From Balanoglossus misakiensis (lineage: Eukaryota; Animalia; Hemichordata), in the NCBI GenBank assembly GCA_040954595.2, contig CM082577.2, positions 16,127,903 to 16,191,902 on the forward strand: a DNA stretch of 64,000 bases, written 5' to 3'. Under the pieces are notes generated by a model. The model had not been told where the DNA came from, did no database searches, and saw only the letters and a program-made list of their open reading frames with translations. Positions 1 to 11,444 of the stretch are shown here, in pieces. A program made the translations under genes and the position numbers. Positions within the stretch are counted from its first letter, which is position 1, and each line of letters opens with the position of its first letter.

Positions 1-436
1 AGTTCAACCTCCACACTCATGATATCCGAACAATTCCTAAAAGTGTGTCTCTTTGCACAGAGCACTATAACAGATGGATGGAGAAAAACAAAAAACACTG
101 CAGCATGCCAGATTGTGGGAAACGTATTACATCAACTGTAAAGTGTCATTATGCCTAAAATGTTGATTTGGTGAACGGTTTTTTCATGATCATGGTATGC
201 ACATGAACTTAAGCCTTGAAGAAAAAAGTCCACTGTGTGGAAAATGTTAAATGCGTCATTACAATCTAGTGGAAAAGTTAAAAAAAATGTAGGTGGAATT
301 TCACGTGACCATGATGTTCGGCAACTCATTGACGGTATTGCCTCACACATTATGAACGCAACTGATATTACAGAAAAATCACTCAATAAAATGTCAATTT
401 TTATTGGGGAAAAATTGTTGAAAAGGGAGCCAATCC
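1..436 (+). pseudogene. Degenerate Cys-rich coding fragment, probably TE-derived; cut by the window edge and by the PolB fragment
   Basis: Reads as ...SLCTEHYNRWMEKNKKHCSMPDCGK... and later ...IFIGEKLLKREPILL, with stops or frameshifts in between. Family not recognised. Confidence 0.25.
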
Positions 437-2582
437 TCTTACAGTTTTCGGACGTTTGGATTGGAGAACGTCCAAGTAAATTTCTTTGGAGATGTCATTG
501 ATACGCTTGTTGACCCCTTTGCTAGAAACTTTGTCGTTGGTGCCACCAAAGCAGTAATAGCACTTACTGTTGAGAGCGATGATGCCCTTTCCACTTTAAA
601 CAAACCAGTTGTTCTCTTGTCGAACTGCAGGTGTTCTCGCCTTGGAAACCAATGATGGTTTTCGGCATCATATTGGGGTCGGAGATCTGGTTTGACAAGG
701 CTGTCGAGGGTGTCTGTCGAAATCGCAATGTATGCGGAATTTGTATCCATTTCCACGTATTGGAAATCAGATCGGTTGAAAAATTTGCACATGAAATCAT
801 AATAGAACTCTAACATGCATAGCTTGGCGTATTGATACACAAAAAGACCAATCTGCATGGGTTGATCGATACTGATGATTTTCTTGCTGCTGGATACTCC
901 ATACGAGTCTTCGGAGATATCTGTCAATCTCCTAAAGTTTGGTGAGTTGACCAATTTGCTGGCTACCACCAAATTGCAGATCTTCACATCTACGTGTCTT
1001 TCTTTGTTCATGGGGGTTTTTCTGTATGCGCTGTTGCCGAGGAGTTTCATCATATCTCCCAGTACAGCTTTCGTCGCATCGACATCCCCTTGTCTACGGG
1101 CTCCCGGTACAGACTCACCGAACTGTTTAATACATGGTTTCGGTGTATATTCCAGAACCTGGTGCACTTTTGTTACCACAAGGCCGTGTTCAAGGTACCA
1201 CTTAAGTAGAGGAGTAGTGATGAGCAGATGTTCTTCGTGAAGGCTTCCTATCAAAGAGCGACAAGGAGATCTCAGCTGGTCATGCTCCGCAGCAAACGAA
1301 CACATGTGTTCGCCTATATCCGACCTGCATATTTGAACATTTTTAAATATGGGACACATCTCGGAGAAATAATCTATCAGGCATTCAGGCACATTGATGT
1401 CGCATTCGAGCATACCAAAGACATTGCCCTAGCGGACGGCTTCTAAAATTTCTTCCTCCTTGACCATGTACGCTCTGTCGAGGTATCGATCATTTCTGCC
1501 CTGCCTGAACGCTTTCAAACTGGCATCTGTACGTCTCATGCCTCGATTACACTCCCACATGATGACCAATTCAAATCCAATGTCTTGAATGTACCTGTCG
1601 TTCTTGAGCGTGTCTCTGTAGAGCTCTTGCATGGACTTTCCTCGAATTTCATTGACATCTTCCCCCCCCCCCCCCCCAATTCAAATCGCAATCATGTCCG
1701 TGCCAATAGCACCCATGAAACTGATAAACGGTGTTGGTACTTCGACAAAAGCCATCCACGAGGAGTTGTCGACTGCCAAGAAGTTGTTCTCTGGCATTTC
1801 CTTTGTGCTGGATGTGAATGCCGTCGTTTGCTGCCCCATATTCGAGCCATTTCACAGCTATGGGTTCGGATGATCGGCGTCGGAAGTGGTCACCAGCCGT
1901 TCTGCGAACATAGAACCCCGTGGGCATGTCCTGCATCAATGCCCATAAGTATAATGCATTGGCGTCATATCCGACAATCTTCTCACAGCATTTCTCATTT
2001 CTGATTTTCGTTACGCCAGATTCGTGGTACCTGTGAAAGATGATACTGGAACCTCCGATGATGTTGGATTTGAAGGTGTCGTAGAGGTCCCTGTCCCGCT
2101 CGCTGATGAGACTCAAGGTGGTGTCTTGGGGAAGTTGGTTAAATAAATACCACATTGTAATCCCAGGCAGAGAAATGGCGTCTTTGAAGGGATCCACTCC
2201 CGTCTCTGTAAAAAGCACACATGTTTTCAATGGCTATGAGAAAAGGTTTTACATCCGCGTTGTTGTACAAGACTAGGAAATCTTGAAAGGTGGTCATGTT
2301 ATGGTTTTCCCAGATACGTTGACAATACTCGTAATCTTCCAAACTGATGTTCGTGTTCTTGAGACTGCTGTAAAAGGCCGAGTGGGGTGGAAGCACATTC
2401 TCTTTGAGCTTATCCAAACAGTCCATCCACTCATAAGGAAAGAACCCCTTCTCTTCATTGGCGTTGTAAGCTCGTAAAAATTGGCTGTAACTGCATCCCT
2501 GTGCAATGAAATTGGAAATGTCGAGGAAGTGGAGTGCGTCTGTTTCCAGGACCAGGCAATCGGCACTTCTCTTGATCACGAA
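436..2582 (-). pseudogene. Protein-primed family-B DNA polymerase (Polinton/Maverick type) with an internal VSR-like nuclease domain; frameshifted and truncated at both ends
   Basis: Consecutive minus-strand ORFs 2139-2579, 1649-2230, 1429-1632 and 439-1413. They carry FLDISNF, KGFFPYEW, YNNADV (exonuclease), YDANALY (motif A), VDGF...YQFHGCYWHGH...IMWEC (VSR-like), KLLGNSAYRK (motif B, G>R) and EMDTNS (motif C, DTDS>DTNS). Confidence 0.9.
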
Positions 2583-3141
2583 CCGATAATTTGATGTTGG
2601 AACGATCGATATTCGCCGATATTACAACTGGGTTTTTTAATGATAAGTGAAACGCAATATCATCTTGTGTGCGCTTAGTTGCTGTTGCCGTTAGGGCCAA
2701 CACTTTAGCCTTGGAGAAAAGAGCGCGCAAGTCTTTCAAATGCCGAAAAGACGGACAGAAATCATTTCCCCAGGAAACAACACAATGGGCTTCATCCACT
2801 ACAATGTGAGACACTCTGGCTTGCCACGTCTGATTCCGCATTGCTCGAAATATATGAGGTTGAAGGATGTGTTCAGGATGCGAAAGCACATACGTGTAGT
2901 TGCATGCCTGGAAATCACGCGATGAAGGGTTTAACGTAGACGTAACTTCCACGCTATCAACAAACCTCTGGCTCTGTTCTCGAATAATGTTGCTTAGCGG
3001 AGAAATTATAATAATCGTGCTGCTCGGGCTGTTCATTCCAAAGTAGCGAAGAGACTCAAGTTTAAGGGTTTTCCCGTAGCCTGTTGGCAGGACACCAATA
3101 CAATCACCATCAAACGATGCCTTCAGACACTCTAGTTGTTT
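2583..3141 (-). pseudogene. RecQ-like DEAH helicase, N-terminal RecA domain only, intronless
   Basis: ORF 2455-3183 has VLPTGYGKT (motif I), IIISPL (Ia), HIVVDEAHCVVSWGNDF (II), LALTATAT (III) and DRSNI. The 5' side is cut by the repeat at 3142; the 3' side is joined to PolB. Confidence 0.85.
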
Positions 3142-4740
3142 TAGTGCAGGAGCTAAACCCCAAATTTTGGCATAAATGTGCACTTCGGGTTAAAAGCATG
3201 AAACTTAGTACACTTATGCATTGGCCTATGGCAGCCATTTTCTGATATGGATCCAAAATAACAGCGCCCTCTAGTGGCCAGAAACATACATTCATACTTT
3301 AAAATTGTGCACTTACGGTTAAAAGCATGAAACTTGGTACAATTATTCATAGACCCAGGGCGGACAATTTCCAATATGGATCCCAAAAGACAGCGCCCTC
3401 TAGTGGCCAGAAACTGACATTTACACTTCCCCCCCCCCCATTAATGGCACTTTTTGTCAAGTACCGTAGTTGTCCGGGTAAGAACCCCTGCTCGGACAAA
3501 CGCCCCCCCTGGTTTTAGGGCCCATTTGTAGATTGAGGCCATATCCGGTCTAAAGCCCCCCCCCCCCCCCCCCCCGGCCGAATATCCATTAAATTCTTGG
3601 AAATTTAATAAAGTGCAATGCAAAAAAGGCGGATTTTCATCCCCAAAGTCACTAAAAGTGAAAAAAAAATGTATGATGATTTACTTTCGCGCTGATTATC
3701 GTACCCACCGCGGCCGACTGGCCACGCTGAGTTATATATAGCCGCTCTAGAAAACATTACCTCAGACAGGTCCCTCGGGACCGTGCCTCGAATTCAACAA
3801 TCACGTAGATGGACGCGCTGCCGCGTGTGAGGTCACCGGGGAGCTTTCCAAAGCGGCCGCGTGGAGCTGCTTCAGTCCGTCCTCGACGCGAAACACCCAA
3901 GATCCCGACTTGGACTCGGAGAATGAACCACTCAAAAATGTGCATAAAAGTCGAGGTGGCCATCCCTCATTTGCATAAATCTCGAGGCCATATCCGGGCT
4001 AAAGCCCCCCCCTGTTTTTTCGCTAATCTGTTGGCCCAGCACCCGGGGCTCTTACCCGGGCAACTACGGTATAACACTCAGACACAGGAATGTGGGTTGT
4101 AAAACATGCTTGCTGCCATACATTCCTTTGAATATTCTAATCCTGATGTATCAGATCAATCTTGTATGTTACTAATTGAACAATTTGTTCTTCGGTATAA
4201 CAGAACCAGTTGAATACACAAAGTCATGCAAAGGGATAGGACAATATCTCTTCTCCATAAAGTCAATGGTTCTCAAGAATATTCCTTCTACACAGGCAGC
4301 TCTTGAAGAACATGTGCTATGAGAAACCTAACATAGCTATATAAAACCAACAGAATCCCAGTGGAAATTGGACAACTCTTAGTCAAGCCCAAGAAAAGAG
4401 TCAACCTCAGGAAATCAGTTGCAAAAGTGATGCACATGTTTCTATAGGTGCTTTAGGTCTAGTCTGACCGCAGTATTGTTTCTGTAATGGAAGATGTCAT
4501 CAAGATTGATCTGATACATGTACATCAGGATTAGGATAATATATAGAGGAATGTATGGTAGCAAGCATGTTTTACAACCCACATTCCTGTGTCTGAGTGT
4601 TAAATTTGACCAAAAAGGGCCATTAATGGGGGGGGGGGGGTGAATGTAAATGTCAGTTTCTGGCCACTAGAGGGTGCTGTATTTTAGGATCCATATTGGA
4701 AAATGTCCGTCATAGGTCAATGAATAATTGTACCAATTTT
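3142..4740. mobile_element. Non-autonomous Academ-like DNA transposon with long subterminal inverted repeats; right end truncated
   Basis: Starts TAGTGCAGGAGCTAAACCCC. 4505-4740 is the reverse complement of ~3330-3460 plus 4072-4165. An internal remnant reads LKNIPSTQAALEEHV, resembling the Academ transposase C-terminus. A second copy is at 36403. Confidence 0.7.
3464..4069. mobile_element. Tc1/mariner-pogo-type MITE with TA target-site duplication
   Basis: TA|CCGTAGTTGTCCGGGTAAGAACCCC...GGGGCTCTTACCCGGGCAACTACGG|TA. The homologous repeat at ~36845 shows the empty site (gtcaagtttaacactcag). Confidence 0.85.
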
Positions 4741-5290
4741 CTATGTAATAAAGCTATACGGGGAATCATGACGACGCAGGCACACGAGTGAGGAATACGG
4801 GGGAATTATATGTTTATCACATACATAGATCCGCGAATTGTAATTTTCAAATAAAACTATTTAGTTGTTACGATAAATTTTGGAACTATTTTGCCAAATT
4901 GAGAGGTGTGTGTTATGCGGTCCCAGCTGTCAGGTGATTTCAGGTCACGACGCGACGGCGCGTTGTAAACAATAATACTAGTGCATTGGACTGTTTGGCG
5001 ACCATTGGACTTGGAGGATGATACAGCCGTCTTTGTTGGGGAATGATAAAATGAAAACTACACTAATCTCGAGTTCAAGGTTTTATTTCAAGGTAAAGTG
5101 CACCAGAAACACTGAACGATGCGCAAACGCGCAAATAGAACTTTGCAACATTTTATCATGTACGTTCAACCTTACAACTAGTTGACATTTCCGTAAATCT
5201 GAATTCATTATAATTGAACTTTATGAATGGAACCCAAACACAGAAAATAAATCAGAACAAGGAAAGTTTTCAATTTGTCGAGTCAATGTT

Positions 5291-6642
5291 TTAATATTCC
5301 TGTGAGCTGTCGCTGGTATCGTAGATCACTGCCCTTCGTCGGCGAGATGGCTGTGACGCGAAACCAGATGATCCGGCGACATTGATGGTGACGTTCACCG
5401 TACAACAGGCATCGTGGCACCGGTAAACATTCCCACAGCTGCCGTCGCCACAGCGTTTTGCCGAGAACTTGATTGGGAAGAAATCGAGGCGTGTTGCATT
5501 TCTGCCGATGTTACTGGGGAACCGAGTGGCATGTTGTGAGTGCGTTGTGGTAGTGACAGTTGCATGTTGTTGTTGTCCACGCCATCGAAAATGTCCGACA
5601 TGAGCTGTTGTTGGGGGAGAGAGTTGACAGCGTATGAATTTATTGATTGGACGTTGCGGTGACCTGATAGCTGCATTATTTGGGTTTGTGGGATGCCACT
5701 GTCATTTAATTTCTGGATAGCTGTTTAACGAGCGCTGTGATTTGTTTTGCGTCCCGGTATACCCGCTCGTTTGGCCATAGCTTGCATAATGGTCTCCAAT
5801 TTATTTCTACCCATCGGCTGGCGCTTGAACCAAATATGACCGATCGGTTTGTAGTTTATGGCTAGATAGAAGCGCGAATCGTCCGAGCACATCTCGCGAG
5901 GTCGACGGTCGCAGTATTGTTTGTACGACTCGACAGGGCATATTTCTTTGTTTTCGACGACGAACATCTTTGGCGAATACGGACGATTGATGGCATATTG
6001 TCCGGAACGGGTTTTATTATCGCGTTCGTTGAATTCAACATATTCTCTCCCCGAAGCCGTGACTTTTAATTTTATGTCACCCCACAGCAATTTCTTATTT
6101 TCGTCTGACGCACGAAACCCCAGTAGTTTGGTGTTGTTCCACCAAACAGTATAAAATAGGGACTCTGGCGAGTGGTTACCGAGGACCCCTCTGTCGCTCA
6201 TCAGCTGCATTTCATCGTCCGTCAATGGCTCACTAGCACGAGATTTGTTTCCTTTACCTTTTCCTTTTAAATCGGAACGTTTGGCTCTGATGGCATCCTG
6301 GGATTTGGAGAACACAGTGTCGCGGCATATAGAAAATTTGTATCCGTGTTCTGATAGATATCGGTCTATTCCTCGCTGATAAGTTGTCAGACTGTCAGGT
6401 TCATATTCTGTTCCGTCGCTCTGTCGTGCTCTGATGTAAAATTTGGCCAAGTACAAATCTAAAGTTTCCGGTGGTAAATTGTACAGTTCTTCGTCGACCC
6501 CTTCCTCTGTTTCCTCTAAAAACTTCTTCAGTTGATTAACTGCACTGCTTGTCGATTTAACGGTATTTGACTTCCGCTGTTTTTTTATGAACTGGTCAAT
6601 TTCGCCAGATGAGAGGGCTACGTGTCGCTCGGTAGACGACAT
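5291..6642 (-). pseudogene. Crypton tyrosine recombinase (DUF3504/KIAA1958-ZMYM-like) with one nonsense codon and a C-terminal frameshift
   Basis: ORFs 5725-6642 and 5395-5676 are in the same frame: GFRASDE (catalytic R), KTRSG, TNHSAR*TAIQKL (HxxR, stop where K is expected) and SGHRNVQSINSY (H, Y). The tail GMFTGAT..TVNVTIN..RRRRAVIYDTSDSSQEY follows a frameshift. Confidence 0.9.
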
Positions 6643-6987
6643 GATTAGCTCTGCAGCTCTGCGCTACCGACAGTGTCGGAGCAGACGAACGTTGCAGAAC
6701 ATTTTTGGCGCCATTGAAAAATATGTACATTGGTATAAAACATTGGAGTATTTTTACATGTGAAATATTTTATTTATCGTTGGTAAAACTTCCCATTACA
6801 GCAAACCCGATAACTTTTATTCCAACCCTGTTTTCCGCGTCCGATCAAAGAGGCTTTGTTTACAAGTTGAAAATAGTTCCGATTGGTGACGTCAGAGGGA
6901 TGGGTATTACAATAACGCTTGGTGCAAATTTACCTACGTCTGACGTCATACTATGGTATATGCGGAGCTATGTATGTGATAATATGA

Positions 6988-7119
6988 GGTTATCGTCCCA
7001 TATCACCTCTTGTTGGGCCATATTTGCCGCTCGTGTGGGTTGTGAGCTCGTGTGATGCGGCTCACAACCCACACTCGCGGCAAATATGGCCCAACAAGAG
7101 GTGATATAGGGCGATAACC
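6988..7119. repeat. Long imperfect palindrome (60-bp arms), hairpin H1
   Basis: 6988-7047 pairs with 7060-7119. The TC/TC mismatch on the + strand is GA/GA on the - strand. Confidence 0.95.
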
Positions 7120-7122
7120 GAT

Positions 7123-8246
7123 TTATCATATGCTCAAACCTCGGAATTTACAAGAAAAATGAAAAAATAAAACAAGAACATTTTAATTTTTATGAATTAT
7201 TTTACTCCGCCTAGCGCATTGATATTTTAATAAAATTGTAAATCGGCTTCATTCATGATGATGTTGACGTGACATGACCCGCCATTTTAAAGTGTAGCGA
7301 TAGCATACGGTTATGTAAAAGTATGAGGATAACTGTTAAGATGTAAAATAATGGTAGGAAACGACAACATCGGTAAGTCAAAGATGTTTTAGAATAGTAA
7401 ATTGTTCAAGGACCGCTCTGCATCATGCAAAACAACACATTCTGAAAATTGAACTTGAATCGGTGCAACAACAACAACGAACAAGTGAACGTCATCAACA
7501 TTGCGATGAAATTCAAAATCGGTATGAAATTAGTTAAATTGCAAATAAAGCCAGAGGCCTTTTATTTCAAAGTTCAAGAGTCTCAAAGTCTGCTCATTTT
7601 TTGTGAATTTTCTGATGAGCACGGAGAGTCATATCTGACTGCACGACGGCGTCGTTTGTACGGTGGCGGGGGCTGTGTCATGGAGGATGATCCCATCGAC
7701 GTCGCATTGGAAACGTACAGATATTGAACGAACCGCCATATATCACTGCGTCGCTAAATATACCAACCCTTGTCGCCGTTTCCATCTGACACGTACTTGA
7801 ACTGGTCGAACCAGATTTCACATGTGAAATTGCCCGATTTTCGACGTGTTTGGATGAAGATTGGGCGAGGGTGTTTGACATCTCTTCCTGCTGTCTGAGC
7901 GAGGCGGTATTTTTTAAAGGTGTAACTGACAATCGTGTTTTTTTCTAAATCAATCACACAAGATAAATCTTTTATTTATAACAAATGTCCGAGGCCATCA
8001 GAACCCCATGACTTTCGATGTTGACTACCGGCGCGGTATATCAAATCTCATGAAACCGGGCCCTGTATCAGGTTATATTTGTTTACATTTAAGGTCGCGA
8101 TTTTCATAAACATAGTTCCGGGTATCAGCGCAAGAAATGATGAAGTTTAGTATGAAATATCACCGGGTGATATTTCACACTAAACGTGATGATATTCACG
8201 TTAAACGTCACTAGGAGGAGGTGATATCAGCATGAGCATATGATAA
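7123..8246 (-). mobile_element. Second, internally deleted Crypton-like module abutting hairpin H1
   Basis: Bounded by TTATCATATGCTCA / TGAGCATATGATAA. The minus-strand remnant ASLRQQEEMSNTL...GIFSDAVIYGGSFNI...YKRRRRAVRYD parallels the C-terminal tail of the YR at 5291-5676. Confidence 0.65.
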
Positions 8247-8500
8247 CATGTAAAATTCAAGTTTATAACATGTAGGGTTAACATTTATTACATATGCAGC
8301 TAGCTGATAACGTTTATTACATGTAGAATTAAAGTTTATTACATATTGGGTTAATTGTTATTACATATTGGGTTAGTATTACATATTGGGTTAAGGTTAT
8401 TACATATTGGGTTAGTATTACATATTGGGTTAAGGTTATTACATATTGGGTTAGTATTACATATTGGGTTAATTATTACATATTGGGGTGATACAACAGT
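8247..8500. repeat. Tandem 18-21 bp repeats (TATTACATATTGGGTTA), likely subterminal repeats of the DNA transposon the Crypton inserted into
   Basis: About 8 near-perfect units plus degenerate ones. A reverse-complement-like unit (CTATGTAATAAA) lies at 4741, on the other side of the Crypton. Confidence 0.75.
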
Positions 8501-10942
8501 GCCCTTTAAGCCACACATTTATGTGGCCTTTATACATGCACGGCTTGGAGCTAGTGATTTTTTCAAATCTGACAGTTATGCAAGGGAAGTTTAGAAATGT
8601 ATTTGATCCAGTACATTTTTCATACATGTCGTTCACAATTATGCTTACATAATTTACCAGTACCGGTAACATAATTTTACTACAGGTCGAAATAACATAA
8701 CGTTAAGCTTATATGATATTAAACTATATATAGTTTGTGCTGCTTTATATCACAAGTTACCGCTCCATCTCTTTAGTCTTTGGTGTTTATTAATCTTCCA
8801 CAGAGCAAAATGACCAGAAGTGGTTGACTTCATATGCATTTATATAAATCTAGTTTGTGCTACTTCATATCACGTGTTACTGCTTATTACCACGGGAAAA
8901 TCCATGGATACTAATGGACGCTATTACTCCTGATACAATGTTTAATCATTGCAAGGAGACATTTTCCTTAAAAAAGATACGAAATTGAACATGTTAGGCA
9001 TTTGTATAGGTTATTGTGACAAAAGTAATGTACGCAGTTTTGCTGAGTACTTTGACATATGCATGAGTTTAGTATAAATCAATACATGCTCGTAATACCG
9101 CATGTTATAATCATAAATAAACCATGTAACAAGGTATACGCAATGTTAATCAACACAAACATGTGTCGTTACATTCTATTATCTAGTTGATATGTTATGG
9201 AATAAAACGTACACCAAAACGTTTATTGAAATTTCGCCAAAGAGCTCACTTTTGTACGGTTGACATGTTATACAATAGTTTTGCTGCTGTATTCGAGTTT
9301 GTTCAATGATGGTTTGGTTTGAATCAATATCTTTCAATCTTTAACCTCTCTAACTGAATATTTATGGGAGATACGAGAGTGCCGAAACAGAGTATGTGTG
9401 GTAGAGATATTTATACGCATTTTTCCCCTCGCGGCCATCCAATGAAAGTCTGTATATGGGCTAAATCTCAACTTTCCATGGTAACTGAATTTTTCTGGGT
9501 AACTATGACCTAAATACAGTAAGGAAATGTTTCGTTAGAAGTTTATGGCGGAATTGTAAAGTGCGCCTTGCGGTCCGTGCTGAATTCGGTACTTCACCGA
9601 TTGACCCAGATAATCACCGCCAATATATGAAAATGTCAACCGCCAATCGACTTATCAGCATTTTAAATCACGCGGAAAGCAAAACACAGCAATAAATTCC
9701 GGCAGCCGACGTGGACAGAGGGGTCTCAATCTATATCCTAGGCTGGCAATGTATAGCAGATACAATAAACATGTACGTCAACATGTCTTTTGAAGTACCA
9801 GGTCGCCTACCACTGACCTGACATACCTGACCTTTTTCCTTTTCAGTGTGACCCGCAATGATTGCGAAATTCGCGTTTTATGCAAGTTAGACCAAACACC
9901 GACAACTGAAGGGGTGACGATTCCCAAAGTAGTTGTCGGCTCTGTATGTATCGCTCCGGCTGATCGACGAGACTAGTCGGTCAAAGTGTTGTCAGCATTG
10001 AAGCGGTTCGGAAGAACATTCACATCCGGAAGACACTTGTCGGAAAGGCCGCCGGGCCAGACGATGGAAGAGGGGATGGTATTTCTGCATGACCACGTAC
10101 GAACAGAGAAGGCGCAGGAACGGGTGTCAGAACACATGTATTTGTGGACGTGGAATGCCACTACATTGACGCCGAACACAACAAACAAAACCACAACTAT
10201 TAACACAAAACGAAATAAAAGAAGGTGTCTTGTCTACAACTACTAAAACAACCACTCTGAACACAAAGCCGAGTCCGATCCCCGTCGTCGAGAATTTGAA
10301 TACAACGATGACTGCCCTGGCTGTGGTTCTATTCGTAGGTGGCGTACTTGGCTACATCTTAGCTTGGTTGACATCTTAGCTTGGTACGTTGAACTGTGGC
10401 TCTGAGCATATTCGCCCATTACGCAATACGCCACTTTCATCGAAGAAACCTGGCACGGTCATTTCATATAAGCAAAGCGATGGGCAAAGTGGTGGTTTTA
10501 AACAAACCGACAGCACATGCACACGACGAGAGATTATGTATGATCAAGAAATCCTTGAAGAAGATCTCATCCAGATCAACACCTGTTGTGGCAGTAGCGG
10601 TAGGGTGGGGTTGGTGAAGGTGAAGTTGAAGATGAAGATCGGACGTACAGTACAAAAAATGCTGGGCCCAAGGTCCACATACTGCCAGAGGTCGCATATT
10701 TTGCCATAGAAGTGAAACGAACGAAAAAAGAGTAAGGAAGGAAGGAAGGACGGAAGGAAGGAAGGACGAATTTGACCTATAAAAATTCCCTCATGAAAAT
10801 CAATAAACACGGGAGGGTCCCTCCACTGCATTGCCAAATGGACCGACACAACTGTCACAGGCACATCACAGAACAGCCACAGGCAATCGATATCTGATAT
10901 AATAATTAACATGGACCGAACAACTCCCCCTTTCAATCACCT

Positions 10943-10977
10943 TATATAAGCCAACTGAGTGTGAAGTGGAACTCAGT
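10943..10977 (+). promoter_or_regulatory. TATA box and initiator of the TSP1-EGF gene
   Basis: TATATAAG at 10943 and TCAGT at 10973 give ~30-bp spacing. A putative non-coding exon ends AAG|GTAATA at 11072, and the acceptor TTTTCCACAG lies at 11427, 17 bp before the ATG. Confidence 0.65.
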
Positions 10978-11444
10978 TTGGGCTGCACCACGGTCTCTGG
11001 TTGCAAGAAGCCATTGCAAAGAATCCAGCACGGCGAGTTAATCCAAGTTACATCGCCACTGAAGAAGAAAAGGTAATAGATCATATTTTGTTTGTTCAAG
11101 GATACAAGTGTTTTGCGGACATGATAAAGAAATGTGTCTCTGTTTATTAAGGAACGAGAGAGAGAGAGAGTGATTATGGACAAAGGAAATTCTGCCTTTT
11201 TTGGAGAACCGCAAATCAATTAACATCCTCATAATATTATGAGTCCAACACGGCAATATCATATTGTTGGCAGAAGACATTCTATATTTTTCTAAGCAGG
11301 GATCGATACCAAAACTGCAATTGGCTCTATATAAAAGTTTAACACATGAACTATGAAATTATTAAAGCTTCAAGCTTAGTCGCTTGTTACGGTTGTTGTT
11401 GTTGATGATGATGATGTTTTTCCACAGAAGGGTCTACTGCAACA

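Larger units (their letters stand above)
4813..7128 (-). mobile_element. Crypton (tyrosine-recombinase DNA transposon), near full length, with a terminal hairpin
   Basis: The YR gene is bracketed by the inverted repeat TTATCACATACATAGATCCGC (~4814) / GCGGAGCTATGTATGTGATAA (6962-6982). The 6988-7119 hairpin follows directly. Confidence 0.8.

Noticed and set aside
1662-4640. Long poly-C/poly-G tracts (1662, 3429, 3555, 4628) as functional G-quadruplex signals
   Set aside because: One disrupts the PolB frame, and the tract at 3429 is short in the paralogous repeat near 36820. Slippage or sequencing noise is more likely.
5395-6642. Host ZMYM/QRICH1/KIAA1958 gene
   Set aside because: Intronless, retains the catalytic residues, is bounded by IRs and a hairpin, and is inserted in a repeat. 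This fits a Crypton, not a domesticated gene.
8340-8490. Regular short repeats resembling a CRISPR array; ORF LLHIGLVLHIGL
   Set aside because: No unique spacers, no cas genes and a eukaryotic context. It is a simple tandem repeat and the ORF is its by-product.
9780-10940. Cluster of short overlapping ORFs upstream of the EGF gene
   Set aside because: No recognisable domain, consistent splice pattern or termini; left unannotated.
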